A stretch of DNA of 64,000 bases, from contig BCGN01000002.1 in the NCBI GenBank assembly GCA_001599295.1, positions 1,178,001-1,242,000 on the forward strand, in the 5' to 3' direction. The notes under the pieces are model-generated. The model was not told the DNA's origin. It saw only the letters and a program-made list of their open reading frames with translations, and searched no databases. This stretch comes from Sporopachydermia quercuum (lineage: Eukaryota). The position numbers were made by a program, and so were the translations under genes. Of this stretch, positions 60,114 through 64,000 are shown piece by piece (positions within the stretch are counted from its first letter, which is position 1; each line of letters begins with the position of its first letter).

Positions 60114-63100
60114 ATGGGTCTAGTTTCTAGTAAAGAAGAGACAAGTAATTCATCCTATGCTATATTAAATCCCAAATATTTCAATATTGAATCATGTATC
60201 ATAAGTATTGAGAAAGAAGGAAAAGCACGGGACTTGTTCATAGTTCGTAATAAACAATTGAGTGATGGACAGTGGAAACTCACTGTTAGAGGTTGCGATA
60301 GTGGAGAAGCTGTTGGATTTGTTCAGTACCCCAACGACGAGTTGAATGATGGTGACAATGACATAAATAATGATATGTTGTTATCCATCCCTTGGTTTGG
60401 AGAAAGATCAATTTTCGTGTTCACGTTTAATATTAGTTCAAATATAAAAGCAACCAGCTTAGATGAACCCGCGATACCTGGTTTGACTTTCCTCAGTCGT
60501 GAAACAATACAAGAACTAAAATCGATTTTCCAATACGGATTGGCAGATAATCCTAATCTTCAGAATGAAAAAGATGTGAAAATACTAGGTGATATCTCTA
60601 TAAATAATAATTCACAGAATAAGAATATAACCAACTTAATTGTTGAGTCACCAACCTCACAAGACAGACAGCTAAATTTCAGTTGGACATGGAAATGGGA
60701 GAATCTTTCAACTAAAATGAACCAGTTCAACAAGAACGGTTGTGCGCATAACTTTTGTTTTGCTGATTATGATAGAAGAAATCACTGTTTGCGACAGCTA
60801 GCTCGATTCCGGTTATATGTTTCCAATTATGCAATTCTTATGAACAGATCGGCCGAAAGTTTTGATTCATTAATCACACTGCCGACAGATTTTTCAATCA
60901 ATCCAGTTGTGCTTGGATCTAGTTCATCAAGTGCTCAACCTCAAATCAGTATCACCCTTCAACCACCTACGTCGACGACTGGCTATAGTAGCAATACCGT
61001 GACTTCTAATTCATCGACTGAGAAAATAAAGGAGATTCCTTTGATTGAAACAACATCGATTTCAGACTGGGACATTGTTCATGATGATAGTCCTTTTTTC
61101 CGGTCTCAAATTCAGTTACTAGAGAAACGAATTACTTCATACAAACCATTAGTTAAGCGATTTAAACAAGAAAGTAAAACTGCCTATGAACGAATATTGG
61201 AAAGTAGTGAAGCATGGAAGAAATTGATGCTTTGTTTGGTTGAACTATCAAATGAGGGAAGCGGTATTCAAGGATTGAGATCACTTTCCGATGGGTTTTA
61301 TAGTAATTCGGGATTTGAGTTACTGAAGTTCTTTGAGAACTTAACAACCGGATTGAAAAATAACCTTTTTGATCCTTTAACCAAGTTCTACGAAGTTGAT
61401 TTGAAGTCATTAGAATCACGGAAACGAGAGTTTGAGGAGAAGGATAGAATGTTTTACACTTGGTATAGTAAATATCTAGCATCAGGAGCAGGTTCACTTG
61501 AAACCTATATTGAAAAGAAGAAATCTTTTGATATATCAAGACTAGATTATTATTATTACTTGGAAGATATTATTTCTGGTCGAAAACAGCATAGATTGCT
61601 TTACCAAGTTGCNGTATTTGCTAAGGGAAGAACTCATGATGGTATTTCCTTAGGACGTAAGCTACAACTAAGCGAAAAGCTTTTAGATTCTGTAATATCC
61701 GAGTTGAAAGATAAGGAGAAAGAAAATGATAGGAAGAGAATGGAAAAAGAACAAAATAGAAGAAGAATCGAAATTGTATCCAATCATACTGAATCATCTA
61801 GAACAGGTGCAGAATCAGAATCAGCAAATCTTTCTTTGCAAACACAGGAGTTTAAGCATCCATACAAGGAAGGGTTGCTTTACTCACAAGGAAAACAGAA
61901 TTGGCATGGTTATTGGGTTGTTGTGTCTAATGGTCAATTAATAGAGTATTCTAACTGGAGGCATAATGCTGAAGTACACGGTGATAAACTGAGACTTAAG
62001 TATAGTACGGTTAAGCCATTTGAGAGTGATAGGAAGTATACGTTTGAGATCATCTCACCTATTAGCAGAAGAGTTTATCAAGCTGCTTCTAGGAAAGAAC
62101 GTAACTCATGGATTCAAGTAATAAGTGATNCTATTAGTGCTGCTCTTGAACTGAGCTCTGGAAGTCGGTCAAGAAGTAGTACGTTGGAGGCAGCACCAGC
62201 AGCTCAATTACCACCAACGCCTGCTGCTCATATTCAACAGATCTTTAGACCAATAAAAGGAAGAGCGAATATTGAACATGGAATTGATAATATAAGACGA
62301 GTTGTATCAGGTAAAAGACCCAAGAGCGATAAATCGAGAACGCAGGCACATATTAGTGGATATAACAGCAATACTTTGACTCCTTTGAACGATCTTCACA
62401 ACAAGTATTTTGAGATGGGAACAAAAGATAGTAACAATTCATATGCTTTGGTCAAAGTAGGAGATTCACAGAAATCCGCTGCATCATATCAACTGATAAA
62501 TTCTGTAACTGACATTCATCCTTCTAATGCTGTATGTGCAGACTGTGGAAGTATGGAAAAAGTGGAGTGGGTTTCGATCAATTTGTTAGTTAACCTCTGC
62601 ATTGATTGCAGCGGTGCTCATAGATCATTAGGGTCACATATTTCAAAAATGAGATCATTGACACTGGATAAAAAATCATTCACCAAAGAAATCATTGAAT
62701 TACTTATGAAAATGAATAATGATGATGCTAATAAAATTTATGAAAGTCAATTTTATGGAGAGAATGGAGTAATAACTGAAACCTGTCGCAAATACAAAAT
62801 TAATTCTAAGAGTCCACCTGGAAGCAGAATTGCTTTTGCTACAGATAAATACAGCAAGCGAATGTATATTTCGTCAAGTTTTACCAAAAACATCAAAGAA
62901 TGCATAGATAACCAAGACTTATATGGAATTATGAATTGTCTGTTCCACAATCAATCTTTAACTGAGAAACTCACTTTTCATGAAATAAAATGCAATATTT
63001 TAGAGTACTCTTTAAGAATTGCTGTTGAAAATGCAGAAAAGAAAATGACTTCGACAAATACGGACAATAGAAGCATGGTGGATATAATTGAGCCAAATTT

Positions 63101-63242
63101 TTATGTTAGTGAGTTAATTGCTTTGAACAACTTTGACTTTTCAACTAATCTGTTCAACCCATCGTTACCAAATGTTGCTAAAGAATATTTATCAAGACGA
63201 CTGAAAAAGTCAGCATCTTCAGCTATTTATCTCCGTAACTAA
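60114..63242 (+). CDS. AGE1: BAR-PH-ArfGAP protein (Age1/csx2-like)
   Basis: MGLVSSK myristoylation-like start; DDSPFFR BAR start; KEGLLY...WHGYWVVV PH domain; CADCGS..VEWVSINL..CIDCSGAHRSLGSHISKMRSLTLD ArfGAP. Confidence 0.9.
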   Translation: MGLVSSKEETSNSSYAILNPKYFNIESCIISIEKEGKARDLFIVRNKQLSDGQWKLTVRGCDSGEAVGFVQYPNDELNDGDNDINNDMLLSIPWFGERSIFVFTFNISSNIKATSLDEPAIPGLTFLSRETIQELKSIFQYGLADNPNLQNEKDVKILGDISINNNSQNKNITNLIVESPTSQDRQLNFSWTWKWENLSTKMNQFNKNGCAHNFCFADYDRRNHCLRQLARFRLYVSNYAILMNRSAESFDSLITLPTDFSINPVVLGSSSSSAQPQISITLQPPTSTTGYSSNTVTSNSSTEKIKEIPLIETTSISDWDIVHDDSPFFRSQIQLLEKRITSYKPLVKRFKQESKTAYERILESSEAWKKLMLCLVELSNEGSGIQGLRSLSDGFYSNSGFELLKFFENLTTGLKNNLFDPLTKFYEVDLKSLESRKREFEEKDRMFYTWYSKYLASGAGSLETYIEKKKSFDISRLDYYYYLEDIISGRKQHRLLYQVXVFAKGRTHDGISLGRKLQLSEKLLDSVISELKDKEKENDRKRMEKEQNRRRIEIVSNHTESSRTGAESESANLSLQTQEFKHPYKEGLLYSQGKQNWHGYWVVVSNGQLIEYSNWRHNAEVHGDKLRLKYSTVKPFESDRKYTFEIISPISRRVYQAASRKERNSWIQVISDXISAALELSSGSRSRSSTLEAAPAAQLPPTPAAHIQQIFRPIKGRANIEHGIDNIRRVVSGKRPKSDKSRTQAHISGYNSNTLTPLNDLHNKYFEMGTKDSNNSYALVKVGDSQKSAASYQLINSVTDIHPSNAVCADCGSMEKVEWVSINLLVNLCIDCSGAHRSLGSHISKMRSLTLDKKSFTKEIIELLMKMNNDDANKIYESQFYGENGVITETCRKYKINSKSPPGSRIAFATDKYSKRMYISSSFTKNIKECIDNQDLYGIMNCLFHNQSLTEKLTFHEIKCNILEYSLRIAVENAEKKMTSTNTDNRSMVDIIEPNFYVSELIALNNFDFSTNLFNPSLPNVAKEYLSRRLKKSASSAIYLRN

Positions 63243-63899
63243 TGGATGTTTCAACAAGCTTCATTTATCCTATTTTATGCATTAGTTATCAATTGTAATT
63301 TTAGTAGATAGTTTATTTAATTTAATAATACCTGATTATAAGCAGTATTCTCTCTCAATTGCACACTTTCAAACATTCTTTAATAGCAGTTTCTGGTTTG
63401 CATTTCAGCATTTCCGTCTTTTTTTCAGATATTATTTCCGATATTTTCCTCGCGTCTCATCTTGTGCAGGGGCTCACAAGATTATTACTGTTATCAAATT
63501 TCCCAAACCAGGTTTTTTCTTTGTAATTCGTCCTATTTCTTCTTTTCTGCTTAGTCAACTTTGGATTTCTAGTAATCTGCATTTCTCTAGCTAAGCTAAT
63601 GGTAGAACGCCCAAGTTTAAAAAGAAACTTTGCTGAGATGTTATTATGAAGCCTCAATAGTCTAATAATAAAAGGAAGTAAAATTGGATTGCTTGTTCAT
63701 GTGCTCAATTGCTGTTTATCTGCTGTTTGCTTTGCTGTTGATCAGTTAGCCATTTACTGATACACAAGATACATTGTGTAATGATATTTGAGTAGACTGA
63801 ATAGCTATAGGAAGAATTTACTCTACCAACTGGCTTAATTATTTGTCTAATATATGAAACTTTAACTCTGGGAACCAGGTGAATTAATCGAGATCCAAA

Positions 63900-63994
63900 A
63901 TGTCATTAATCAATGGACAATATCAATACCCCATTGAACATTTTGTATTGGAAGATTGCATAGGATGTGGGAACTTTGGTGATGTATTTAAAGC
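63900..63994 (+). CDS. SPS1: First exon of a Ste20/GCK-family kinase, Sps1-like (truncated by window end)
   Basis: MSLINGQYQYPIEHFVLEDCIGCGNFGDVFKA glycine loop (compare Sps1 CIGRGNFGDVYKA), then GT at 63995. Directly downstream of AGE1, as in S. cerevisiae. Confidence 0.75.
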
Positions 63995-64000
63995 GTAAAT

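Noticed and set aside
298..62130. About 45 isolated N bases scattered through the window
   Set aside because: Single-base ambiguities that never shift frames; most likely heterozygous, low-quality or masked calls, not biology.

Overview
Eukaryotic, AT-rich nuclear DNA from an unusually intron-rich budding yeast. It is Saccharomycotina-like by gene content and gene order, and CTG codons fall at conserved Leu positions, so the standard code appears to apply. The window holds about 27 mostly housekeeping genes: RXT2 (partial), POL30/PCNA, MAK3, ATG11, NHP6, DEF1, CDC73, ATG17, MST1, an orphan ORF, MNP1/MRPL12, RPB9, SPT21/ams2-like GATA factor, a small Roadblock/LAMTOR-like ORF, ALG5, CET1, a HAD phosphatase, Asterix/PAT10, a conserved membrane protein, BRR1/Gemin2, a C2H2 protein, TFB4, SIF2, EXO84, sphingolipid C9-methyltransferase, KAR4-like, AGE1-like ArfGAP and the start of an SPS1-like kinase. 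Several are missing from or fragmented in the ORF track because of introns. I reconstructed about 28 introns by hand from GT(A/G)NGT donors, CTAAC-type branch points and YAG/AAG acceptors. I saw no tRNA, rRNA, CRISPR array or intact transposon, and nothing here is clearly a new biological system. The best leads are: a 6-nt microexon in Asterix, a stop-free in-frame 60-nt intron in ATG17, frequent AAG acceptors, candidate 5'UTR introns in NHP6 and DEF1, a KAR4 lacking its most conserved METTL14-type motif, a possible LAMTOR3-like Roadblock protein, a multi-hairpin block near 55.5-55.7 kb, and decayed coding-like DNA at 36-38 kb. Gene names come from my recall of family motifs, not from database searches.
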